IMG/VR virus record: IMGVR_UViG_3300025110_000013
Span: 1 to 61,889 of that record
Direction: 5' to 3' (one strand)
DNA length: 61,889 nucleotides
Source: a virus
Lineage: Duplodnaviria > Caudoviricetes
The position numbers and the translations under genes were made by a program. Of the stretch, positions 27,921 to 37,547 are shown piece by piece; positions within the stretch are counted from its first letter, which is position 1, and every line of letters starts with the position of its first letter. The notes below the pieces were generated by a model that did no database searches, was not told the DNA's origin, and saw only the letters and a list, made by a program, of their open reading frames with translations.

Positions 27921-28335
27921 GCAGTTAAGAGAAATGCTAAGAAGGCATGAGGGTGTGCGGAACTTCGTTTATTTGTGCAGTGAAGGCTATGAAACAATAG
28001 GTGTGGGCCGAAATATTGCTGACTCTGGGTTAGGTCTTTCTGACGATGAAGTAGATTACCTATTGGACAACGATATAAAGCGTGTAAAAGACGAATTAAA
28101 TGATGAATATTATTGGTTTGGCGGGCTTAATGAAGCAAGACAACATGCCATGATAGACCTTTCCTTTAATCTTGGTCAGACCAGATTGAGAGGGTTTAAA
28201 AAGGCTCTTGATGCTATGGCTTCTGAAGACTTTGATACAGCCGCCGATGAGTTTATGGACAGTAGGTGGGCCGAACAAGTTAAAGGCCGCGCACCAGAAG
28301 TTACTGAAATGATTAGAACAGGGGAATATTCGTAA
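27913..28335 (+). CDS. Endolysin, phage lysozyme (GH24-like)
   Basis: HEG...YLCSEGYETIGVG catalytic region (E-x8-C-x5-T); FNLG; SRWAEQV. Confidence 0.88.
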   Translation: MSEQLREMLRRHEGVRNFVYLCSEGYETIGVGRNIADSGLGLSDDEVDYLLDNDIKRVKDELNDEYYWFGGLNEARQHAMIDLSFNLGQTRLRGFKKALDAMASEDFDTAADEFMDSRWAEQVKGRAPEVTEMIRTGEYS

Positions 28336-30188
28336 TGCCTCTTCAGAAGTTGTCCTTTAAACCCGGAGTTAATCGAGAAAACTCTCGCTATACGAGTGAG
28401 GGCGGGTGGTACGAGTGCGATAAAGTACGTTTTCGACAAGGTACGCCTGAGAAAATAGGGGGTTGGGAACGTATATCCTCTGAAACATTCCTTGGTATTT
28501 GCCGAAAGTTATTTGCATGGGTTACGTTAACTGGCGAAAAACTTTTAGGGATGGGGACTAACCTTAAATACTACATAGAAAAAGGGGGTTCCTATTACGA
28601 TATTACCCCTTTACGCGCTACTGTATCTCTCACTAACCCTTTTACCACAGTTTCTGGTTCGGCTGTGGTTACAGTAGCAGACGCTGCTGGAGGCTATATC
28701 GATGGGGATTTTGTTACTTTTAGTGGTAGTTCCGCAGTTGGTGGGTTAACTATTACAGGTGAGTTTCAGATTACTAAAGATACGAGTGCCAATACCTATA
28801 CGATCACCTTTACTTCTGCTGCCTCTTCTTCTGCTACTGGAGGAGGTTCTGTAACTGCTAAATATCAAATTAACACTGGCCCTGAAACTTGGTCACCGTT
28901 AGTTGGATGGGGAGCTTCTACATGGGGTATTGGTACTTGGGGTGTAGGTGGTACTTCTAGTGATTCATTTAGGCACTGGAGCCAAGGTAATTTTGGTGAG
29001 GATTTAATTTTTGGTGCTAGAGGTGGCAGTATCTACTATTGGGACAATAGCACTAAGACATTAGGGACAGACAGGGCTGTAGCGTTGTCTACCATCAGTG
29101 GTGCATCTAATGCACCTACAATTCAAAATTTTATTACTATTTCAGACGTTAATCGTTTTGTGTTTTGCATGGGGGTTAATCCATTAGGAAGTTCTACATT
29201 AGACCCTATGTTGGTTCGTTGGTCTGACCAAGAGGATGCGGGTAATTGGACACCTTCTGCTACCAATCAAGCAGGTAGTTTACGTTTATCGCAGGGAGCC
29301 GAAATTATTACGTCAATCCAAGGAAGGCAAGAAGTGCTTATTTGGACAGACACGGCTATGTATTCGCTTCAATATGTAGGTGCGCCTATTGTATGGGGAG
29401 CGCAGATGCTGGGTGATAACATATCAGTAGCCTCTCCTAACGCCTGTGTTTACGTCAATAATGTTGCTTATTGGATGGGTGTAGGGGGCTTTTATAAGTA
29501 CGATGGCCGAGTCCAACCCCTAAGATGTGATGTAAAGAAGTATGTATTTAATGACTTTAATGAAGAACAATACACACAGGTCTTCTCAGGAACTAACGAA
29601 GGTTATGGGGAAGTATGGTGGTTCTATTGTTCTAGCGACACAACTGCTATTGATCGTTACGTAATTTATAACTATGAGCAGGATATTTGGTATTACGGCA
29701 CAATGGCGCGTAGTGCGTGGTTAGACTCAGGGCTGCGGGATTACCCTATTGCTGCAACGTACACTAAAAACCTAGTAGACCAAGAAAGAGGGCTAGATGA
29801 TAAAGAAACAGCAACCACATCGGCTGTAGCTGCCCACATTCAGTCTGCTCAGTTTGACTTACAAGACGGCCATCAGTTTGCCTTTATACACCGCATACTG
29901 CCCGATGTGACGTTTGATGGGTCAACCGCAGATAGTCCTGTTGTTGATTTCTCGCTCCTACCTTTACAGAACTCAGGTTCAGGATACACATCCCCTGCTT
30001 CAGAAGGTGGTTCTAGTTCAGGTTCAGTAACACGCACGGCTACTTCTCCTATTGAAGCGTTTACTTCGCAGCTAAATGTAAGGGTAAGAGGGAGGCAAAT
30101 GGCAGTTAAAATAGAATCCAGCGCAGAAGGTGTAGCATGGCAGTGGGGTGCGCCACGGCTTGATATGCGCCCAGATGGGAGAAGATAA
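28335..30188 (+). CDS. Tail nozzle / DNA stabilisation protein (P22 gp10-like, beta-propeller)
   Basis: 617 aa; VRWSDQED motif; W-rich beta repeats; precedes the ejection proteins. Confidence 0.7.
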   Translation: MPLQKLSFKPGVNRENSRYTSEGGWYECDKVRFRQGTPEKIGGWERISSETFLGICRKLFAWVTLTGEKLLGMGTNLKYYIEKGGSYYDITPLRATVSLTNPFTTVSGSAVVTVADAAGGYIDGDFVTFSGSSAVGGLTITGEFQITKDTSANTYTITFTSAASSSATGGGSVTAKYQINTGPETWSPLVGWGASTWGIGTWGVGGTSSDSFRHWSQGNFGEDLIFGARGGSIYYWDNSTKTLGTDRAVALSTISGASNAPTIQNFITISDVNRFVFCMGVNPLGSSTLDPMLVRWSDQEDAGNWTPSATNQAGSLRLSQGAEIITSIQGRQEVLIWTDTAMYSLQYVGAPIVWGAQMLGDNISVASPNACVYVNNVAYWMGVGGFYKYDGRVQPLRCDVKKYVFNDFNEEQYTQVFSGTNEGYGEVWWFYCSSDTTAIDRYVIYNYEQDIWYYGTMARSAWLDSGLRDYPIAATYTKNLVDQERGLDDKETATTSAVAAHIQSAQFDLQDGHQFAFIHRILPDVTFDGSTADSPVVDFSLLPLQNSGSGYTSPASEGGSSSGSVTRTATSPIEAFTSQLNVRVRGRQMAVKIESSAEGVAWQWGAPRLDMRPDGRR

Positions 30189-30379
30189 TGGCTGATACAA
30201 CTAGGTATGATATAGATTTCGTTGCTCCACAGCTCCCGTTGCCCCCTATGCAGTACGATGTGAACGCTTTTAACCAGTTTAATGGTATACTTAGTATCTA
30301 CTTTAACCAGCTTGATAATGGCTTACGACAAGCCTCTACGTCCCCTCAAGCCGAAACAGCAGGGTGGTTTTTTAGCTAA
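30188..30379 (+). CDS. Small virion-module protein
   Basis: Coupled ORF; YFNQLD. Confidence 0.65.
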   Translation: MADTTRYDIDFVAPQLPLPPMQYDVNAFNQFNGILSIYFNQLDNGLRQASTSPQAETAGWFFS

Positions 30380-30702
30380 TGGCACATAACTACAAAAATG
30401 CAAAAGTAGATCTCACCGCTACTACAGTAACTACGTTGTACACTTGCCCTACAGCTACTACAGCTATTATTAAGTCAATATTGGTATCAGAGGATTCTGG
30501 TAACGCCGACACAATTACAGTAACACTTACTGATTCCTCTGCCGCTGTGTTTAGTTTGTTTAAGACTAAAGCCATAAGTGCCAATACTACTGTTGAACTA
30601 TTAACAGCACCGCTAGTAGTAGAAGAGTCTGAAATTGTAAAAGTCACCGCCGCCACCGCTAATCGTCTGCACGTAACCGCTAGTTTTCTGGAAGTTAGCT
30701 GA
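30379..30702 (+). CDS. Small beta-rich virion protein
   Basis: LYTCP...LVVEE; coupled ORF. Confidence 0.7.
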   Translation: MAHNYKNAKVDLTATTVTTLYTCPTATTAIIKSILVSEDSGNADTITVTLTDSSAAVFSLFKTKAISANTTVELLTAPLVVEESEIVKVTAATANRLHVTASFLEVS

Positions 30703-33700
30703 TGGCTGGAAGGCCAAGTATAAGTGAAACAGATAAACTTCTTATGAAGTATCTACAAAACCCTCCTGTACAACGATTCCAAGCGGGTGGTTTACCTATA
30801 CCTATTGCACCTGTCCCAACTAATCCTGACGCTAATAGACCTATAGATCTGCCAAAAGCCCAAAGTTATGGGGGTAGCCAACGTAAAACTATAGCCACTC
30901 TTAGAATGCTAAGTAAAGTTATGAAAGCGGTGGGTATGGGTAAAGAAATATGGAGTATATTAACAGCGCCGCCACCGCCCAACCCCGGCGGTGCTCCCGG
31001 TGGCACCCCTCCGTTTATAATGAATTTTGGTGCAAATACAGAGAATAAAGATGAATATGACCGCCAAGTACAAGGCGCAATACAAAGCATGGGCGAAAAC
31101 TCTGCGGCGGGGGGTTCGGCAATGGTGGGGGCTTCATTTACTAGTGGCGCTGGGTGGACGGCAGTAAACCCTGCTATAGCCGCCTTTCTTTATATCGGAG
31201 CTAAAGTAGTAGAAGGATTTATGCCCGACCAACGACCTTTTTCCTATCAAAAATTAGATTTTATGCGTGGAAGAGGTGGTGATCATGCGGCAACTTACGA
31301 AAAGTTAATAGCAGATGGGTATAACCCTAACGATAATTTATACAATATTTTTGTTAACCAGATAAAAACACCCCAAGATTATTATGAGTTTCGAGACAAG
31401 TATTTTGTAGGTGATTTTGAAACTGACACATTTAGAAAAGACTTTGGGCTTACCGATGATAACTTTTTCCCCGTAGAAGAACCGGAATACGTAGAGTTAG
31501 CAGGTACAAGAGTCTATAACACAACCGGTAATGAAGAAGCATTTGCAGGGGTAAAGGGTCTTGTAGATAAATTTAACGAATATAAAGACGAAGGATACTC
31601 TGAACTACGGGTATTAGAAGAACTGGGCGTTGAACTTGATCCTGAAGTTATGGAGTATTTTAAGCAAGCTGATTTAGCTGCATTAGAGGAGGCTAGAGAA
31701 GCGGGCGATAAAGAAGCTTATGCAAGACTTTTAGGGGGTATGAGCGCCGGAGTTGGCGAAGCCGCGGATCAACGAGCTTATGAGAAAGCGGCAGGTATAT
31801 TAACTCGGGAAGAAGCTCTTGAGAAAATATACGATATGCCCGGAGCACAGTGGCAAAGTAAAGAATGGATGGAAGAAGTTATAGACAACTTAATGTACGG
31901 AAACACAGACGAGAGTGTTAACCGAGACGACTTCAATCAATACGAAACTGCTAAAGAACAAATAGCGGGTAGAGATTCTGGCTACAAATATTCTGGTGAT
32001 GAAAGAGAAATATATGATTGGGCAGTCAAACATACTACTGATCTAGTAAAAGCAGGTAAATTAAAAAATTATGGGGGAGCAGAAGCTTATCTTAAAGATA
32101 TAGGGTTTGGTGATGCGGCTGAATTTATTCAAGATATAGCGGATGATGTGTTTGATAGTGTATATACATTAGATGAAGGTAGAAGAGACACAGTTCCTGA
32201 ACAATATTCTCAAGCTGAACTTACCGAATTACCGAAAGAAGAACCGCCAGAATCGGTTACAAACGCTGTAGATTTAGAAAAATTAAAAGAAGCAACTAAA
32301 GTAGAAGATACACCTGAAACAGGGTTAGAAGACCCTGACGCAGATTTAGAAGAAGTAGATGTTGTTACAGGAGATGATGACCCTGATAACACAGTAGATC
32401 CTGTTGTAGAACCTCCCCCAGATTTTGAAGACCCTAAAGAAGATGATGAGGAAGAAGACGGCGGTGGAGGAGGGGGCGAGGAAACTGAAAAAGTTGATAC
32501 AGACGGAGACGGTGTGCCTGATAGCGAAGACCCGTCACCTAAAAATCCTGATATAAAAACTCAAGAAGAACAAGATGCAGCGGAAAAGAAAGCGGCTGAA
32601 GATCTAGCAAAAGCAAATGCAGCGTGGGTAAAAGCTAAGATAGAGGCTAGAGAAAAAGCAGAAGCTAAAGAAAAAGCAGACAAAGAAGCGAAAGATGCGG
32701 CTGATGCTGAACGTAGGCGGGAAAAAGGATATGACGATCTAAATGCCGGTGAAAAGCGAATATTTGAAGCAATGGAAGAGATGGGGTGGGACCCCAAGGC
32801 AAATGATATCCGAAATCGGTATTCCCGAGACGGTAGGCCCGATTACAGACTAATCTCTCAATTTTGGACGCGTCATAGTAAGTGGAAATCCCAAGATGCT
32901 AGAGAAAAACAACAAGCTAAAACGGATGCAGAAACCGCAATACGTGCAGAGATAGGTGAAGGGCATCCTTTTTATCGGGTAACAGGTCAAAATGAAGACG
33001 GGTCACTTATTTTAGTAGACCCTTTTGGTAACGTATCTTCTGGACTTCCAAGTGAAGAAGACCCAACTTTAATAAACGGCGAAAGCTACGGAGACCTTCC
33101 CGCAGACACTAACAACTCCATGCTTCCTAAATGGTTGCAAACCTATTTAAGTACAGGTACTACAGACGGTGGTACTGATGGTGGTACTGACGGTGGTACT
33201 GAAACAGGTGGTGGTACTGATGGTGGTACTACTGGAGGCGGTACTGAAACAGGTGGTGGTACTGATGGTGGTACTACTGGAGGCGGTACTGAAACAGGTG
33301 GTGGTACTGACGGGGGTACTGACACAGGTGGTACAGACGGTGGTACAGACGGTGGTACTGATGGTGGAGATGATGGTGGTACAGATACTGGTACTACTGG
33401 AGGCGGTACTGACGGTGGTACAGACGGTGGTACTGATGGTGGAGATGATGGCGGTACTGATGGTGGTGGTACAGACACAGGTGGTGGTGACGGCGGAGAC
33501 GGTACAGGAGATGGTACAGGAGATGGTACAGGGGATGGTACAGGAACAGGAGATGGAAGCGGAGACGGTACAGGGACAGGAGATGGAAGCGGGGACGGTA
33601 GTGGGAGAGGAAGTGGAGCAGGAATGGGGATGGGGCTTTTACAGTTGTTGTCAGCCCCTGATGCGTTAGGTCAAAAAGTCGATGTAAAGCCGCCAGACCC

Positions 33701-33950
33701 TACAAAGATAGACTATTTTTATGATTTTGATAGTATATTTGCTACTCCTAAACAAGCTTCGTTGTTTCCTTCGCCTTATGGTAAGATAAAACAACCAAGA
33801 CAAACACCGTCAGGGCTACAGGGAGGATTGGGGTTAGGTAATCTTTTTGCTCCCCCTGCAAATATTCCGCAACAGCCTATTAGACGAGCTAAAGGTGGGT
33901 TAATAGATACAACAACTAATGATTTATTACGAATCGTTGGAGGTAAATAA
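30702..33950 (+). CDS. Large acidic internal virion/ejection protein with a TSP3-like Ca-binding motif and a G/T/D low-complexity tract
   Basis: DTDGDGVPDSEDP; GGTD repeats; position among the ejection genes. Confidence 0.7.
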   Translation: MAGRPSISETDKLLMKYLQNPPVQRFQAGGLPIPIAPVPTNPDANRPIDLPKAQSYGGSQRKTIATLRMLSKVMKAVGMGKEIWSILTAPPPPNPGGAPGGTPPFIMNFGANTENKDEYDRQVQGAIQSMGENSAAGGSAMVGASFTSGAGWTAVNPAIAAFLYIGAKVVEGFMPDQRPFSYQKLDFMRGRGGDHAATYEKLIADGYNPNDNLYNIFVNQIKTPQDYYEFRDKYFVGDFETDTFRKDFGLTDDNFFPVEEPEYVELAGTRVYNTTGNEEAFAGVKGLVDKFNEYKDEGYSELRVLEELGVELDPEVMEYFKQADLAALEEAREAGDKEAYARLLGGMSAGVGEAADQRAYEKAAGILTREEALEKIYDMPGAQWQSKEWMEEVIDNLMYGNTDESVNRDDFNQYETAKEQIAGRDSGYKYSGDEREIYDWAVKHTTDLVKAGKLKNYGGAEAYLKDIGFGDAAEFIQDIADDVFDSVYTLDEGRRDTVPEQYSQAELTELPKEEPPESVTNAVDLEKLKEATKVEDTPETGLEDPDADLEEVDVVTGDDDPDNTVDPVVEPPPDFEDPKEDDEEEDGGGGGGEETEKVDTDGDGVPDSEDPSPKNPDIKTQEEQDAAEKKAAEDLAKANAAWVKAKIEAREKAEAKEKADKEAKDAADAERRREKGYDDLNAGEKRIFEAMEEMGWDPKANDIRNRYSRDGRPDYRLISQFWTRHSKWKSQDAREKQQAKTDAETAIRAEIGEGHPFYRVTGQNEDGSLILVDPFGNVSSGLPSEEDPTLINGESYGDLPADTNNSMLPKWLQTYLSTGTTDGGTDGGTDGGTETGGGTDGGTTGGGTETGGGTDGGTTGGGTETGGGTDGGTDTGGTDGGTDGGTDGGDDGGTDTGTTGGGTDGGTDGGTDGGDDGGTDGGGTDTGGGDGGDGTGDGTGDGTGDGTGTGDGSGDGTGTGDGSGDGSGRGSGAGMGMGLLQLLSAPDALGQKVDVKPPDPTKIDYFYDFDSIFATPKQASLFPSPYGKIKQPRQTPSGLQGGLGLGNLFAPPANIPQQPIRRAKGGLIDTTTNDLLRIVGGK
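33157..33610 (+). repeat. Coding low-complexity tandem repeats (GGT ACT GAY / GAY GGT ACA GGA)
   Basis: Triplet-periodic and in frame within 30702..33950. Confidence 0.9.
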
Positions 33951-33952
33951 CA

Positions 33953-34762
33953 ATGTCATGGTGGGATAATTTAATTGATTTTGGGGGCGACCTTTTTGAC
34001 ACAGGGTTAGATTTCTTTACTAGCCCTAAAGGTCTAGCTTATTTAGGCGGTATGGGCCTTAGTATGGGTAGTTTTGGAGAGACTAAAATACCTCAAGTAG
34101 GCTACCAAGGTGGTATACCCAGCTACCAAGTTGTAAGAGATCGTGTCCCTATGGAGTACGATTCTGAAAGAAGGCCCGGAAGTATGGGGCAGCGTTATTT
34201 TTCAGATGCTATTTTTGCCGAAGGCCCGAAAGATAGAAAGCCTATGTCTGTTGAAGAAGCCCGTGCAAAATCAGCAGAACAATTAGCCGGTTTGGCCGCT
34301 TTAAACGCGGGTAATCAAGAAGCTACACGCCGCCCCGTGTACGCTGATAGTACTATGGCTTCTTCTAATCCTGCCTCTTCTGTAATTAACACCACACCTG
34401 TCGATACAGGGGAAGAAGACGAAGATGAAAACGCAATACAATTAACGGGGAATCAGACAGGCGGGGTTGCAGGAGGTATGCGAGGTGGGGGCATAGCCTA
34501 TCTAAATAAAGGGCGTTATCTTAATGGTATGACAGATGGTATGGCCGATAGAATCCCTGCTAGTATTAATGGAACCCAACCCGCCGCATTAAGCGATGGA
34601 GAGTTTGTAATCCCTGCGGATGTAGTAAGTCATTTAGGTAATGGCAATTCTAATGCAGGAGCTAAAGAACTAGACCAAATGATGAGTCGAATACGTAAAA
34701 CACGTACCGGCAACAAAAAACAAGGTAAACAAATTAAACCCAATAACTTCTTACCTGTGTGA
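33953..34762 (+). CDS. Internal virion protein
   Basis: GMTDGMADRIPA...LSDGEFVIPADVV motif. Confidence 0.7.
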   Translation: MSWWDNLIDFGGDLFDTGLDFFTSPKGLAYLGGMGLSMGSFGETKIPQVGYQGGIPSYQVVRDRVPMEYDSERRPGSMGQRYFSDAIFAEGPKDRKPMSVEEARAKSAEQLAGLAALNAGNQEATRRPVYADSTMASSNPASSVINTTPVDTGEEDEDENAIQLTGNQTGGVAGGMRGGGIAYLNKGRYLNGMTDGMADRIPASINGTQPAALSDGEFVIPADVVSHLGNGNSNAGAKELDQMMSRIRKTRTGNKKQGKQIKPNNFLPV

Positions 34763-34770
34763 GGTAGATT

Positions 34771-35634
34771 ATGAGTAATGGCACAACAACAGTTCCTACA
34801 GATCCAGTAGCCGGAAAAGCAACGGGTAGCGAGTCTTCCCTTTCTAATTGGGCTGGCCCCTATGTTACCGATATGTTGGGTAAAGGTTGGGCTGCGGCTG
34901 ACATGGGGTATCAGGGATATCAAGGCCCATTAACAGCGGGAACTTCTAATTTACAAGACACTGCGTTTCAAGGTATTGGTAATTTAGCCGTACCCACTGG
35001 CGCTATGGGTGCTTTTGATGCTACTGCGGCTCAAAACTACATGAACCCTTATTTACAAGCCGCTTTACAGCCTCAATTAGCTGAAATGAGAAGACAATCA
35101 GAAATTAGTGGTCTAGCAGATACCTCCAGATTAACTAAAGCAGGGGCTTATGGCGGCACTCGTCAAGCTGTTATGGATGCAGAAAGAGACCGTGCGTTAC
35201 AAGCTAATATTGGGGCAGCAGCAGGTGCTGGGTACGCTAAAGCATTTGATAAAGCATCTGATTTATTTGGTAAAGATAGAGGGTATGGGCTTCAAGCACT
35301 AGCTGCACAACAAGCAGCGGGTAGAGAAGAACGTGCTATTGAACAAGAAGGTATAGCCGCAGATCGCGCTCAGTTTGAAGAAGAAAGAGATTTCCCATAT
35401 AAACAAGCACAGTATATGCAGTCGCTACTACAAGGTCTTCCTGTCGCTGCTCAATCCGTTTCTTACGCTCAACCTAGCAATTTAAGTAAGCTGTTAAGTG
35501 AAAGCGGCGGTATTCTTAAGTTCCTTGAGTCATTAGGTCTTGGTGGTGGCGGTGGTGGCGATGAGGCTGACCCCGGTGGTGACGCTGCGGAGACTTATGA
35601 TGCAGCGGGTAATCCTACTTATGGAGGAGGCTAA
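34771..35634 (+). CDS. Internal virion / DNA pilot-like protein
   Basis: YMNPY and GAYGGTRQ motifs; A/G/Q-rich helical. Confidence 0.7.
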   Translation: MSNGTTTVPTDPVAGKATGSESSLSNWAGPYVTDMLGKGWAAADMGYQGYQGPLTAGTSNLQDTAFQGIGNLAVPTGAMGAFDATAAQNYMNPYLQAALQPQLAEMRRQSEISGLADTSRLTKAGAYGGTRQAVMDAERDRALQANIGAAAGAGYAKAFDKASDLFGKDRGYGLQALAAQQAAGREERAIEQEGIAADRAQFEEERDFPYKQAQYMQSLLQGLPVAAQSVSYAQPSNLSKLLSESGGILKFLESLGLGGGGGGDEADPGGDAAETYDAAGNPTYGGG

Positions 35635-35636
35635 AC

Positions 35637-37538
35637 ATGATCCCTATAGATAGACAAGTACAACAGACTATGGGTGCTTTTAGGGGTCAACCTGACAAGC
35701 TTATGCAGCGTTATAAGCAGGGTAATGACTTAATAGACCTTCTTGCTTTACAACAAATGAAGTCCGATATGGATGCGGTTAAGCAGCAGATGGTGCTGTC
35801 TCAACAGCAAATGCCGGGGACTATCAAAGACCAACGCGAACAAGAAGTACTTGCTGGATACAAAGAAAAAGCAGGGCGACAAGTCGGTGATGTCGCAAAG
35901 AATACGGCTGGACTACTTGCTCAAAGGCAAGCCTCCGCTAATGCTAATATGCAACGCCAAGGTATTATGCAGCCCACTCAAACTGCTAATAATGGTGGTT
36001 TAATGAAGATGGCGGGTGGCGGTATTGTTGGGTTTGCTAAAGGTGGTATTACTCAAGAAGAACTTATAGAACTTGGTATAACTCCAGATGGCTGGAGGAG
36101 AATGTCTGACGCAGAAAAACAAAAAGTAATAAGTGTTTTAGAAGACAGAAAAACTGCAAGCGGCGTTTTATCTACCATTACTGATATACCGGCTGAAATA
36201 TCAGATTCTTTTTCGGCAATACCGGAATATTTTTCAGATCTTGGGGGCGCTATAAGTACTACTAGAGTGGGTAAAGCTTTAGGGCTTTCTACTCCTACTG
36301 AAGAAGATACTGATTTTGGAGATGTAGTAGATGCTTTAGCAGGTAAAGGGGTAAGTAGTCCAGCAGTAGAAGCAAGAGAAGCAGAAAGAGCTAAACCTGT
36401 CCCCACTATAGAAGATATTGAAACTACAATAAGTAAAATAGATGAAGCAGAAGATAAAAAGCTAGAAGAAAGCTATCAAATGCCTCCCGGTTTAGAAGGA
36501 TTAGAGTTTCAAAAAGAACAACAACAGAAAGCAGCTCAAGCGGCAAGATTAGCCGCAGAAAACAAAGAAAAAGCAGATACCGCAAAAGCAGCGGGGGTAG
36601 CGGCTCTTACCCCACCAATACCCGCAAAAGGAATTTTTGATCCTGAAGCAGTAAAAACAATAGCAGATCCAATAATGGAAAAATACGGACTAGCAGATGT
36701 TGGAGGTAAGACATTTGCTGGGGTACGTGATGAAGCTAGAGCAGAATCTGATAGGTATTTAGATCGAGAGGGCGCAAAACAAATAAGACAAACGCAAATT
36801 GACGAACTTGACAAACTTAAACAAAAACAACTAGATCCTGAAACTTTAAAAAGAGATAACATATTACGAGGCTTAATATCAGCAGCAGGGGGCGGTAATT
36901 TTGCTGCGGTTGGGCAAGGTATATTTAATGCTGAAGATGCTCAGAATGTACAAGAACGAAATTTCTTAAAAGAAAAATTTGGTATACAAGATAACCTTTT
37001 AGATACAGATTTAGAAATAGCTGTAAAAGGTATTGATTCTGGAAATCAAGCTGTAGATATACTAGATAAACAAAAACGTGCCGCAGCAGAGATTGTACAA
37101 AATTTTAGTGTCGAACAATTAAAAGATATAAGAGAAAGATCTAAACAAGAATTTGAATCGGGGCAAAGTGCTATTGCTAATAGGCTTAAGCAAGATGAAA
37201 TAAATGCGGTTAGAGAGTATAGAAAGGCGGTTACAGACAATCAAAAATTAAATGTATTAATAGATAAAACAGCCGATATATCTACCACTATATCTGATAC
37301 TTTATCAGCAGATCCCCAACTTGCCGCTTTAAGAGCCGAAATGGAAAATGATCCTGATGATCAATCTCTTAAAGAGGAATACAAACTTTTATTAGAGCAA
37401 AAACAAGTTGAACTGCTTGATATGATTAACTTATCAGGTCTTTTCGATCTTGTAGAACAAATCCGATCTGATCTAGGACTTAGTGCTCAAAGTGGAATGC
37501 AGCCAAATCAATTTGGCCCAATGCAAGTAACACCATAA
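35637..37538 (+). CDS. Internal virion/ejection protein
   Basis: 633 aa helical protein; MAGGGIVGFAKGG. Confidence 0.65.
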   Translation: MIPIDRQVQQTMGAFRGQPDKLMQRYKQGNDLIDLLALQQMKSDMDAVKQQMVLSQQQMPGTIKDQREQEVLAGYKEKAGRQVGDVAKNTAGLLAQRQASANANMQRQGIMQPTQTANNGGLMKMAGGGIVGFAKGGITQEELIELGITPDGWRRMSDAEKQKVISVLEDRKTASGVLSTITDIPAEISDSFSAIPEYFSDLGGAISTTRVGKALGLSTPTEEDTDFGDVVDALAGKGVSSPAVEAREAERAKPVPTIEDIETTISKIDEAEDKKLEESYQMPPGLEGLEFQKEQQQKAAQAARLAAENKEKADTAKAAGVAALTPPIPAKGIFDPEAVKTIADPIMEKYGLADVGGKTFAGVRDEARAESDRYLDREGAKQIRQTQIDELDKLKQKQLDPETLKRDNILRGLISAAGGGNFAAVGQGIFNAEDAQNVQERNFLKEKFGIQDNLLDTDLEIAVKGIDSGNQAVDILDKQKRAAAEIVQNFSVEQLKDIRERSKQEFESGQSAIANRLKQDEINAVREYRKAVTDNQKLNVLIDKTADISTTISDTLSADPQLAALRAEMENDPDDQSLKEEYKLLLEQKQVELLDMINLSGLFDLVEQIRSDLGLSAQSGMQPNQFGPMQVTP

Positions 37539-37547
37539 GATATCACT

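Noticed and set aside
33157-33610. Second GGT-rich guide-like array
   Set aside because: The periodicity is 3/12 nt and in frame within a long CDS (Gly-Gly-Thr-Asp); it is a coding repeat. The overlapping ORFs 33143..33478 and 33169..33669 are shadows.
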